Assembly (NCBI GenBank): GCA_040285745.1
Contig: JAUFOR010000001.1
Span: forward strand, 1,116,001-1,180,000
DNA length: 64,000 nt
Reading direction: 5' to 3'
From: Barthelona sp. PCE
Lineage: Eukaryota
In this document: positions 22,238 to 32,881 of the stretch, piece by piece
How the letters are laid out: every line of letters begins with the position of its first letter
Numbering within the stretch: the first letter of the stretch is position 1
Notes under the pieces: model-generated
What the model was told of the DNA's origin: nothing
What the model saw: only the letters and a program-made list of their open reading frames with translations
The model's database searches: none
Made by a program: the position numbers and the translations under genes

Positions 22238-23425
22238 CGTTTAACGTAATTCAACAAGGGAAACAAATGATAAATAAGAAAGTAAGTTGAAAGCAGGTTA
22301 TTGGAGAAAATACAAATAAACACCCCTGGGAGATGTATACACAAGATTAACACTCGTACAAGGTCAATAATATATTGACCAAGCATATACAACAATATTA
22401 CCAAAAAGCTCACATAAAGTTATAATACACAAATAACCCGGCCTAAGCCGAGTTACCAGGAAATTAAGGTAATGTACAACAAATAATATACACAAGAATT
22501 AGGACATGATACCATAAACAATATTTTCATCCTTTACACACAATTTCTCATTTCTAAAACACTGAAACGTAGGATTCATACGTAATTGTGCACGAAAATG
22601 GAGGAGATCACAGTGAAAACAAACCTCATAAAAAAACAAATATTATAACATCACACTTCATCAAATATACGAAGAGTAAGCACTGAAAGCGGGCAATTTA
22701 CAGCGCAGCGAGTACAATTATGATGGGTTGACCAGCACAAACCCCTTATAACGAGAGTTTGCTTTTTCGTCATCACACTTTCACGTTTCATGTGAAAAAA
22801 TCATAGTAGTACACTCACAGCGCAAGAGGGGCCACTTTAATATGGATGTTTTACATTTCAATTTTCACAACTTTCTGGGGTATTAATTTATAATAATCAA
22901 ATTTAATTGCGTATAGCCATTGTATATATTTACATACCAGTACATAGCGCTACCTATTATACTTTTTTTGGAAGTAGGCAATTAATCATTTTTGATTTTC
23001 TTTTTTATAAATGAGGAGACAGGCCTCATACAATGGGTTACACTTCATATTGAGGTTGGTGGAAGATTTGGAATTGGAAAATATTTTTCAGAAAACATTT
23101 TGTAATCCAATAACAATAAGATAAACAAGCATGACATTACAATCGTATCCCTGTTAGGAAGATCTTGCAGTTGATTTTGAACAGAGAATGGAATAGAACA
23201 TATGCTGGTGTTATTACCAGTTTTCCTATTTATTCTAGTTGTACTGCTGCTTAGTAATTGAAATACGAGATGTATGACTTACAAACTGAAGATGGTAGCC
23301 CGTATGCGGCACCATGACCTCTGTAAAGAATCTCCTACTATCCTTTACTAATCGTTCATAGTTTTCTATGGGCATTACTTACAGTAGCAGGACCCCTCCA
23401 CCAAAAGCTTTTTGAAAAGGCAGAG

Positions 23426-25011
23426 TCTGCCGACTGAGCTATCCGGAGCAAACCTCCATTTTGAGTATTTTGGTCGTTTGACGGAAATGTTGCAACGAAA
23501 GTGTCAAGTATCAAATTGGTTATTCACAATTATGGTTGGTTTTCTCGTCCATCTCACGTAATTAAGGGTTAAGTATATTGAAAATAGTGACGTGATCAAA
23601 CGGTAGAGACCCGCCATCGATTAAAAATTACTAATTAGTTTTAATATTTTTGAAAAATTTTATAATTATTCATTGTTTAAAATAAGCTTGATTTGGGCCA
23701 TACCACTAATGTACATACATACACAAATGGATTGTGAGATAATTTAGGGGAATAGAACGTATGTGTGTGTATTTTAATTTTTCACGTTTAATGGTTTCAT
23801 GATTAGTTTATTTGAACCATATAGGTACTAGTTTTTCAAATGTCTACGGGTGTAAACGAGAATGTTGACTCACCACACACACACGTAAATCTTTTACAAA
23901 AAACTTACTGCTAAGAACGTATTTTTATATTTTTACACACCTTTATCGGGCATCATGTCTCGGGTTACACACTAAATGCTTGCGAAAGGACACTTTTACT
24001 GTCATGTGGGCATAGAACATTTCTGAATGTATGGTTATGTATTTCAAGCTATTCTGTTGTTCGGGGGTCACCGATGTGCACGTTTTACACAAAATAACAG
24101 AGGAAAGATGCGTTAGTCACAACAGGTAAGAACCCTGTTTTCAGTTTTTTCATCTTCTTTCCCTTAGTTTTTTATATATTCTTCTTTGGAAAAGCTCTTA
24201 TGCAACAACGTGAAACAGTTCCCAGGTATCTTAACGGGGAACATTTCGCATTTTGTTTTATCACCGTTTTCACGGATTACTCAAAATCCCCACGGGCATC
24301 ACAGCAGCGAGGACGGGCGCTTTGGCGAAGAGGGCAACTATTTGGACGGCATTGGGCTGTTATTTTTTATTCAGTGCAACCTTGTTTGACTACAACTCAG
24401 TGGCTGTTGAAGCATATAAATTGGCTGTTTCAGTGTGGACGAGCACGGGTTTTCGTGACACGGGCATACTGCGCACGTAATTGAAGTTTTAGATTTTTTA
24501 ATTGAACTTTCCAATGTTTCGTACAGGAATTACTAATATTTATACTTTTTTTGGAAGTAGGCAATTAATCATTTTTGATTTTCTTTTTTATAAATGAGGA
24601 GACAGGCCTTATACAATGGGTTACACTTCATATTGAGGTTGGTGGAAGATTTGGATTAGGAAAAAATATTTTTCAGAAAACATTTTGTAATCCTATAACA
24701 ATAAGATAAACAAGCATGACATTACAATCGTATCCCTGTTAGGAAGATCTTGCAGTTGATTTTGAACAGAGAATGGAATAGAACATATGCTGGTGTTATT
24801 ACCAGTTTTCCTATTTATTCTAGTTGTACTGCTTAGTAATTGAAATACGAGATGTATGGACTTCCAAACTGAAGATGGTAGCCCGTATGCGGCACCACCA
24901 TGACCTCTGTAAAGAATCTCCTACTATCCTTTACTAATCGTTCATAGTTTTCTATGGGCATTACTTACAGTAGCAGGACCCCTCCACCAAAAGCTTTTTG
25001 AAAAGGAAGAG
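23426..25011 (+). mobile_element. Non-autonomous derivative 1 (A-B-C, 1586 bp)
   Basis: tRNA 5' fragment plus arm A to 24243, unique filler B 24244-24539, arm C 24540-25011. Confidence 0.88.
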
Positions 25012-26598
25012 TCTTCCTACTGAGCTATCCGGAGCAAACATCCATTTTGAGTATTTTGGTCGTTTGACGGAAATATTGCAACGAAAGTGTTAAGTATCAA
25101 ATTGGTTATTCACAATTACGGTTGGTTTTCTCGTCCATCTCACGTAATTAAGGGTTAAGTATACCGAAAATAGTGTTGTAATCAAACGGTAGAGACCCAC
25201 AGTTAGTTAAAAATTACTAATTAGTATTAATTTTTTTGAGAAATTTTATAATTGTTCTTTGTTTAAAATAAACTTGATTTGGGCCATACCACTAATGTAC
25301 ATTCATACAATACACAAATGGATTGTGAGATAATTTAGGGGAATAGAACGTATGTGTGTATTTCAATTTTTCACGTTTAATGGTTTCATGATTAGTTTAT
25401 TTGAACCATATAGGTACTAGTTTTTCAAATGTCTACGGGTGTAAACGAGAATGTTGACTCACCACACACACACGTAAATCTTTTACAAAAAACTTACTGC
25501 TAAGAACGTATTTTTATATTTTTACACACCTTTATCGGGCATCATGTCCCGGGTTACACACCAAATGCGTGCGAAAGGACACTTTTACTGTCATGGGCAT
25601 AGAGCATTTCTGCATGCGTGGTTATGTATTTCAAGCTATTCTGTTGTTCGGGGGCCGCCGATGTGCACGTTTTACACAAAATAGCAGAGGAAAGATGCAT
25701 TAGTCACAACAGGTAAGAACCCTGTTTTCAGTTTTTTCATCTTCTTTCCCTTAGTTTTTTATATATTCTTCTTTGGAAAAGCTCTTATGCAACAACGTGA
25801 AACAGTTCCCAGGTATCTTAACGGGGAACATTTCGCATTTTGTTTTATCACCGTTTTCACGGATTACTCAAAATCCCCACGGGCATCACAGCAGCGAGGA
25901 CGGGCGCTTTGGCGAAGAGGGCAACTATTTGGACGGCATTGGGCTGTTATTTTTTATTCAGTGCAACCTTGTTTGACTACAACTCAGTGGCTGTTGAAGC
26001 ATATAAATTGGCTGTTTCAGTGTGGACGAGCACGGGTTTTCGTGACACGGGCATACTGCGCACGTAATTGAAGTTTTAGATTTTTTAATTGAACTTTCCA
26101 ATGTTTCATACAGGAATTACTAATATTTATACTTTTTTTGGAAGTAGGCAATTAATCATTTTTGATTTTCTTTTTTATAAATGAGGAGACAGGCCTTATA
26201 CAATGGGTTACACTTCATATTGAGGTTGGTGGAAGATTTGGATTAGGAAAAAATATTTTTCAGAAAACATTTTGTAATCCTATAACAATAAGATAAACAA
26301 GCATGACATTACAATCGTATCCCTGTTAGGAAGATCTTGCAGTTGATTTTGAACAGAGAATGGAATAGAACATATGCTGGTGTTATTACCAGTTTTCCTA
26401 TTTATTCTAGTTGTACTGCTTAGTAATTGAAATACGAGATGTATGGACTTCCAAACTGAAGATGGTAGCCCGTATGCGGCACCACCATGACCTCTGTAAA
26501 GAATCTCCTACTATCCTTTACTAATCGTTCATAGTTTTCTATGGGCATTACTTACAGTAGCAGGACCCCTCCACCAAAAGCTTTTTGAAAAGGAAGAG
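25012..26598 (+). mobile_element. Non-autonomous derivative 2 (A-B-C, 1587 bp)
   Basis: Near-identical to the previous unit; identical ORFs offset by 1587. Confidence 0.88.
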
Positions 26599-27331
26599 TC
26601 TTCCTACTGAGCTATCCGGAGCAAACATCCATTTTGAGTATTTTGGTCGTTTGACGGAAATATTGCAACGAAAGTGTTAAGTATCAAATTGGTTATTCAC
26701 AATTACGGTTGGTTTTCTCGTCCATCTCACGTAATTAAGGGTTAAGTATACCGAAAATAGTGTTGTAATCAAACGGTAGAGACCCACAGTTAGTTAAAAA
26801 TTACTAATTAGTATTAATTTTTTTGAGAAATTTTATAATTGTTCTTTGTTTAAAATAAACTTGATTTGGGCCATACCACTAATGTACATTCATTTATAAA
26901 TAGATTGTGAGATAATTTAGGGGAATAGAGCGTATGTGTGTATTTTATTTTTTCACGTTTAATGGTTGCATGATTAGTGTATTTTAACCATATAGGTACT
27001 AGTTTTTCAAATGTCTACGGGTGTAAACGAGAATGTTGACTCACCACACACACACGTAAATCTTTTACAAAAAACTTACTGCTAAGAACGTATTTTTATA
27101 TTTTTACACACCTTTATCGGGCATCATGTCCCGGGTTACACACCAAATGCGTGCGAAAGGACACTTTTACTGTCATGGGCATAGAGCATTTCTGCATGCG
27201 TGGTTATGTATTTCAAGCTATTCTGTTGTTTGGGGGCCGCCGATGTGCACGTTTTACACAAAATAACAGAGGAAAGATGCGTTAGTCACAACAGGTAAGA
27301 ACCCTGTTTTCAGTTTTTTCATCTTCTTTCC
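26599..27331 (+). mobile_element. Truncated fourth copy (arm A only)
   Basis: Matches arm A up to ...catcttctttcc, then diverges. Confidence 0.85.
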
Positions 27332-27609
27332 AGTGGCAGCATGTGGCCGCCTCAGGATTGCTAGTAAGTACGCTTTTCCAAAAATTACTTCTCAATTCAC
27401 TTTTTATTATTTCTAAATAAACATACAATCGGACATATACTTCAAACAAAAAAAAATATATAGGCGTGCAAAAATTGAACCTAAGACCTTTTGGTTGAAA
27501 ATTCAAATGATGTATGAGAGATAAAAATAAAATTGATTAATACGGAAATTAACAACAGTAATATTATTGTGAAAGTTAACAATATTTATCAAAGAACCAA
27601 AACCAAAAA

Positions 27610-27681
27610 CTCGAGCGCAGGGAATTGAACCCTGGTCTCCGGTGCGACAGACCGGAATAATAGCCATTATACGACGCCCGA
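27610..27681 (-). tRNA. tRNA-Asp(GTC)
   Basis: TCGGGCG/CGCTCGA acceptor stem, CCGGT-CTGTCGC-ACCGG anticodon arm, CAGGG-TTCAATT-CCCTG T arm, TTTTT terminator. Confidence 0.95.
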
Positions 27682-28134
27682 TGAACTGTTGTTCGGAAAT
27701 AACTCTAAATTTTGATCAAGATTATATTTATAAACACCGTTTTTTGAGCTCTCGTCGTATATTAAGACTACAGTATTTTTATACATTCTGTGTTGGTTTA
27801 AACATGTACTTTAGGAACAAAATTTTGTTGAGAACCCTTTTTATCAATGTTGAAAATTTTTTTTAAAATGTTTAATTATGCTTTTTTCAAACATCAAACA
27901 TCATTTACATATATTTTTTTGTAAAGAAAATCTGAAAATATATATCATAGTAGTATTTAGAAAAAAGGTTCATTTTTTTGCATCTTGTATTTTCACTTTT
28001 TGGTGAACTTTGAAGCATCACACAGTTTTACTCTTTGAAAATAACTCCTTAAACTGAATACTTTGTCTATATTTCAAGACTACGTTAAAAGTGAAAATTC
28101 TCTTATTTACTAAAAATATTAAAAGTTCTTGCAA

Positions 28135-31100
28135 TTATCTTAAGAAATCAGCTAAAGACATCTTAATAGCACCACTACCGCCGAAACCACTAGAATTTAG
28201 CTGTTGCTGTTGCTGACTAGGTTGTTCATTCTTCTTACGCTCCTTCTTAATGATTGTTGTATAAAACTGCTCAAGATCCCTATATTTATCAAATTCTGAT
28301 TTAGGTCGAGTATATCGAACACCCCCAATCAAATCCTGAAGTATAGGATACAAACAACCTGCCTGAGAGTATATTGCAATCATTTCTTTTGAAATATCGT
28401 AATTAAATATCACATCAAACTGATTATAATTAATTGATGGGTTTTCTTCTGTGCCAATAAATCCTTCCATTGTAGTAACTGCAAGTTTCTTATCAACACC
28501 CTTCTGTTTGACCAGTTTTTCACATAATCGAATGATGAATTGACGATCTGGGATAGATCTTGTTTGGTCGGTTAAGTTCTGGAAAAATATCCTTAGAGCA
28601 CTTAAAAAGGTTGTTTTAGATGCAAAAACAAGTCTGAATAACTCAATCACAGGTCTTAAATCAGTACTCATCGTTGTCAACGGAACATACGGTTTGAAAG
28701 CACAAAATACAGCATACAAATCATAATGCACTTGTAACTCCAAATCTGGTGTGATCTTGGTTGCGCTTGTGGCTATGCACTGTGTAAAGAAGCGTAAGAC
28801 GTAAACTTGCAATAGTTGAATCATAATATCAGGTATTAATTTATCCAAGTGTGCTACATCCAAGTCGATCATACGGTCGTTGATGAACTGCAAGATGCAG
28901 AAAAGAGCCCGATCCATTGGTGACTCCTGGGCTTCATCGAAGGTTACAGGAGCAAAAATTCTCATGCTTTCAAGATTATCAAAGTCAGCAATGAATGTAG
29001 GCGGCAACTCTGATGCGTCAGCCATCGTTGCCTTGATATTGTGCTCGATAAACGATATAAATTTAAATGTGGAAGTTTTTGCAGTAACCTGGAAGCCTAC
29101 ATGATTCTCTCCGAAAAAATCAAGCAATGTGCTCTCTAAAGACGTCAAAAAGCAAAACACAAGCGTCTTGCGCAGCCTGTTGAGCGTCTGGTTCAACGTA
29201 CGTCCGATACTGTCAATCTTCTTCTGTAAATGTGTCTTGAAAACGTTGTAGCGCACATCGTATATTTCAACGTCTGTTCCCATAGACTCGTAGAACGCGC
29301 TGATATGCATCAATTGGTCCTCCTTAAAGTCTGGGAGCATATTCTTGAACGACACCATGTCATTAATGCTCAAAATCCAGAAATGTGGAGTCACTGACGA
29401 TATAGCACGCGATCTGTTGTTATATTCAGCGAAAAAACGATGCAGTTGATCAAGACAGGTCATGGTAACAAAGAAAGTCAGGATATCACAGCCTGAAAAC
29501 TGTTGGACACGGATTCCTTCCACTGCACTATTGATGATCATGAGCAAAGTTGTTGGTGTCACAGTGCGCTCCAATGTGTGTTGAGCCTGATGACCAATTC
29601 TTAAACACTCTGGAAGACAACCATCTTCCATAAACATAGATAGAACCGGCATTGAACACTGTGCGTACTCCGACAGCAGTTCACGCTCGGTCATTTCACA
29701 AAAATTAAAAAAATCACTGCTAGGTGTGGGATCTTCAATGTTGAAAGCAAATCTGGAATCTGGTAAGTACTGGGAGAACGCAATATCAATTGCAGAGTCC
29801 ATCTTACGCGTCAACGACCGCTGCAACAGCTCAATGTAACGCTGATAAATGGGAAAGAAGGAGTCACTGAAGTTATGGAAACCGTATAGGTAATCATCTG
29901 TTACCTCTTCCGGTTTCTCGTAAGAAACAACAAGAGGTTCATCATTAACAATTGTGTAACCAGGCTTGATGGTTGGAAACTCCCAATCATCCAAAACTTC
30001 TGGATCACACAATAATAAACCAATTTCCATCATTAAGTCATCACGGGATGCTCCAAAATCAGATAAAAACTCAACAATAGATAGCAAATTGAACGAAAAA
30101 ACATTAAACTCTCGTTCATCATCAGGATACATGTGCTCACTATCAATATTATAATCATTTTTAATGGTTGAATCAATGAATGCATCCAGCTTCTTTTCAA
30201 GCATTTTATGTGCCTTTTCAAGGAAATTACGCCAATAACGAGGATGTTTAATATCTAAACGACAATGAATTTTTGTTAACAACAAAGTATCAATATCATC
30301 ATAATCTAACATAGATAATTCATCTAAAAAGTGCTTAAACGAGCGGACACCACTGGCCTTGAGTAGGGGTTCAAGTTTTTGTTGTTGTTGGGTGTTGCAT
30401 AGTTGAGTAAATAAATTGGTATTAGCATTAGACTGAATAAGATGAAAAATAAACATATCATGCTGAGGAAAACATGGTGCAAGATCAAAATACGTACTTT
30501 TTATGACATCACAAAGATCTTGAACACAATCTATAAAATCTGGAATTGATTTAGCTTCGAGAAAGATATTATTGCAATTTTCTAATGAAGTGTGACGACA
30601 GTGATTCATGAGCATGGTCATAACATCAAATTGAACATGGCGAGAGCCTTGAAATATGTCGATAGCTTTCGCCAACGTAATTTTTTCAAGAATATTAAAT
30701 CGCATCTTTGCTGCTGATCTGATATCCTCAGGACGCGAGTTATCTTCACAAATTTCTTTTAATAACAATAATTCATCAAAACAAAGTGAAAAAATTTTTG
30801 TTTGCAATCCCAATTTCTCTTGCTCAATCAATTCACGCTGACAGACAATCGCCTTCGCAATGAGATGCTGTGGGGTATCATTAGGCTCAAGAACAGCAGA
30901 AAAAAACTTGTTTGTGATCTCTGTCAAATCTGTGTGACTATTAAGTGAATCATACGTGGCATCCTTTGTGTTGAATGCAAAGGGGACATCGCGGTAGTCA
31001 CGGACCGGGCAGAGAAGAGTGAGGGGCTCAATTTCATCGTTATCAACATACATCTTTGTTAAGCAGCTGTTGAGGAGCTCTTTTCTGTATTCAATGAGTT

Positions 31101-31530
31101 TTAAGTAGTAATTATGCAGTGAGGGGAAGCGCAGAACATAGTTGTCTGTGTTGAGCTCATGCAGCAAAGCTTTTTTCAGTTTGTAAAACTTGTTAAGGAT
31201 TGTCAGAAACTTTTCAACTTCTAGGAGGTTGTCTCTCAGGATGCTTGCGGTCTTAATGGCATCAAAATTCTCGAGAGTGTCCAGAGCGGTATCAAATGAC
31301 TGCAAACTTTCAGAATAACTGGATCTCGCATGTTTAATATGGTTGGACGTGCTGACAGAGTCGAGACACTCCTTGATATTGGTAAGATGGATGCTAACCT
31401 TTGAAAATCGTTGTTCTCTCGCTATTGAGCATTCCTTTGATAGTTCAGCGATTTCTGTGTTCAGGTCCTCAAGGGTGCGCTTACCATCCAGGTAATGCTG
31501 CACGCCAGACTTTTTAAGGTTCTTGCTCAT
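28135..31530 (-). CDS. Large helical protein, possibly exocyst Sec6/EXOC3-like
   Basis: 1131-codon ORF. The N-terminal coiled-coil pattern resembles Sec6; family call tentative. Confidence 0.5.
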   Translation of the reverse strand: MSKNLKKSGVQHYLDGKRTLEDLNTEIAELSKECSIAREQRFSKVSIHLTNIKECLDSVSTSNHIKHARSSYSESLQSFDTALDTLENFDAIKTASILRDNLLEVEKFLTILNKFYKLKKALLHELNTDNYVLRFPSLHNYYLKLIEYRKELLNSCLTKMYVDNDEIEPLTLLCPVRDYRDVPFAFNTKDATYDSLNSHTDLTEITNKFFSAVLEPNDTPQHLIAKAIVCQRELIEQEKLGLQTKIFSLCFDELLLLKEICEDNSRPEDIRSAAKMRFNILEKITLAKAIDIFQGSRHVQFDVMTMLMNHCRHTSLENCNNIFLEAKSIPDFIDCVQDLCDVIKSTYFDLAPCFPQHDMFIFHLIQSNANTNLFTQLCNTQQQQKLEPLLKASGVRSFKHFLDELSMLDYDDIDTLLLTKIHCRLDIKHPRYWRNFLEKAHKMLEKKLDAFIDSTIKNDYNIDSEHMYPDDEREFNVFSFNLLSIVEFLSDFGASRDDLMMEIGLLLCDPEVLDDWEFPTIKPGYTIVNDEPLVVSYEKPEEVTDDYLYGFHNFSDSFFPIYQRYIELLQRSLTRKMDSAIDIAFSQYLPDSRFAFNIEDPTPSSDFFNFCEMTERELLSEYAQCSMPVLSMFMEDGCLPECLRIGHQAQHTLERTVTPTTLLMIINSAVEGIRVQQFSGCDILTFFVTMTCLDQLHRFFAEYNNRSRAISSVTPHFWILSINDMVSFKNMLPDFKEDQLMHISAFYESMGTDVEIYDVRYNVFKTHLQKKIDSIGRTLNQTLNRLRKTLVFCFLTSLESTLLDFFGENHVGFQVTAKTSTFKFISFIEHNIKATMADASELPPTFIADFDNLESMRIFAPVTFDEAQESPMDRALFCILQFINDRMIDLDVAHLDKLIPDIMIQLLQVYVLRFFTQCIATSATKITPDLELQVHYDLYAVFCAFKPYVPLTTMSTDLRPVIELFRLVFASKTTFLSALRIFFQNLTDQTRSIPDRQFIIRLCEKLVKQKGVDKKLAVTTMEGFIGTEENPSINYNQFDVIFNYDISKEMIAIYSQAGCLYPILQDLIGGVRYTRPKSEFDKYRDLEQFYTTIIKKERKKNEQPSQQQQQLNSSGFGGSGAIKMSLADFLR

Positions 31531-31814
31531 ATGCCCTGTTAGAAAAGGGTTGGATTGTGTAAAACGAGAAATGATGCTTTCAGGGTGGATCTTCCTCGAC
31601 TGTCAACACGCTCCAATTATTTGTACAAGTAATTACAGTTTCTAAAGAAGGGATCATAATATGAGCTCTCATTTTTCTCACTACATTGCTCATTTTGTAG
31701 TGTCAATCCAGCTCAACTATTGTCAAAATGTGTGTGTAGACAAGGTGAAGTGCTTCTTGAGACTCCATGATTGGTTTTCGTTTTTTATCCAATTTCGCTT
31801 GTATTTACAATTAA

Positions 31815-32822
31815 ATGTTTGCTAACGACGTAGTTATTCGCAGTGACGTTATCACTGATGACGATCTTAAGAAGGATGTTATCGTTGAAGGACTTGCTGA
31901 TATCGTTCCTCCTAAAGGTGCAGATGTTTACGTGCACTATCACGGAACGCTGTTGGATGGTACCGTTTTTGACAGTTCATACGAACGCTCACAGCCCTTT
32001 AACTTCAAGCTTGGTGAGCGCGCTGTTATTTCCGGTTGGGATTTGGGTGTTGCCACCATGAAGCTTGGTGAAATCTGCCACTTGATCTGTCCTCCACAAC
32101 ACGCTTACGGAGACCGTGATTCAGGCAAGATCCCAGCCAACTCAACTCTTCATTTTAGGGTTGAATTATTAGGATTCCGTCCTGCAGGTTTATTCAACGC
32201 CGAAGACGTCGAGGAGAGCGCCAAGATGGTCTCTGAGTATAAGAACTATGGTAACCTCTTTATTAAAGCCAAGCGTTTCGATGGTGCAGTTGAGAATTAC
32301 GTTAATTGTCGCACTCTTACCAGCGAAGTCCTCAAGAACGAGCTCACTGATGAGCAGAAGGAGGCTGTCAAGCTCGCAGATCGTGGCGCTGCTTTGAATC
32401 TCGCGTTTGTCAATCTAAAGGCTGGTCATTTCGGTGATGTTAAGCGTTATTGTACAGCTGTTCTCAATGAGGATCCTGAGAACATCAAGGCTATCTTCCG
32501 TCTTGGTTTAGCTTATCGTGGTATGGGTGAGTTTGATGAAGCTGTTGCTGAGTTCGAACGCATTTTGACTATTGATCCGAATCAAGTTCGTACCGCTAAT
32601 GAGTTAAAGACAACTCGAAAGATGGCTAACCGTGCCAATCAGAAGTCAAAGAAGGCCAGCCGTGCTGCCTTCAGAGCTATGGCTGAAGATCTTGAGAGAG
32701 AGGCTGAGGCTAAGAAAGAGGTTGAAGCCGCAAAGGAGGAAGAGACAGCTGAGGAGGAAGAGGACCTTGTTGAGAAGGCTATGCGTGAAGGTGTTGAAGA
32801 GGCTATTGAAGAGTCTGCCTAA
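31815..32822 (+). CDS. FKBP-type peptidyl-prolyl isomerase with TPR repeats
   Basis: VHYHGTLLDGTVFDSS, VISGWDLGV, IPANSTLHFRVEL, then TPRs (NIKAIFRLGLAY). Confidence 0.95.
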   Translation: MFANDVVIRSDVITDDDLKKDVIVEGLADIVPPKGADVYVHYHGTLLDGTVFDSSYERSQPFNFKLGERAVISGWDLGVATMKLGEICHLICPPQHAYGDRDSGKIPANSTLHFRVELLGFRPAGLFNAEDVEESAKMVSEYKNYGNLFIKAKRFDGAVENYVNCRTLTSEVLKNELTDEQKEAVKLADRGAALNLAFVNLKAGHFGDVKRYCTAVLNEDPENIKAIFRLGLAYRGMGEFDEAVAEFERILTIDPNQVRTANELKTTRKMANRANQKSKKASRAAFRAMAEDLEREAEAKKEVEAAKEEETAEEEEDLVEKAMREGVEEAIEESA

Positions 32823-32881
32823 ACAACGTGAATACTAATTCAATAGTAAAAAAGTGCAAGTAAACATTTCAACAATTTACT

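Larger units (their letters stand above)
14179..23425 (+). mobile_element. Putative autonomous tRNA-Tyr-associated DNA transposon (~9.2 kb): left arm A 14179-14998, transposase, cargo ORFs, right arm C ~22957-23425
   Basis: Both arms recur in the downstream short copies. Encodes a DDE-type protein. The left boundary lies in the tRNA D arm. Confidence 0.8.

Noticed and set aside
24280-24630. AAATCCCC and ATACAATGGGTTAC reminiscent of RNase P/MRP conserved regions
   Set aside because: No convincing P4 helix could be built, and the two motifs lie in segments that are not linked in the long copy.
24186-26071. Short duplicated ORFs (67, 75 and 94 aa) as genuine genes
   Set aside because: They are overlapping frames within the repeat unit. 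Only the 94 aa frame starts with transposase exon 1, and nothing supports function.
14179-27331. LTR retrotransposon or Helitron interpretation of the long direct repeats
   Set aside because: No RT, gag, integrase or Rep/helicase motifs and no TG...CA ends; the units are head-to-tail element copies.
27350-27359. CCTCAGGATT identical to tRNA-Tyr 14147-14156, near the array end
   Set aside because: Only 10 bp, 19 nt from the breakpoint, with no flanking similarity; compatible with chance.
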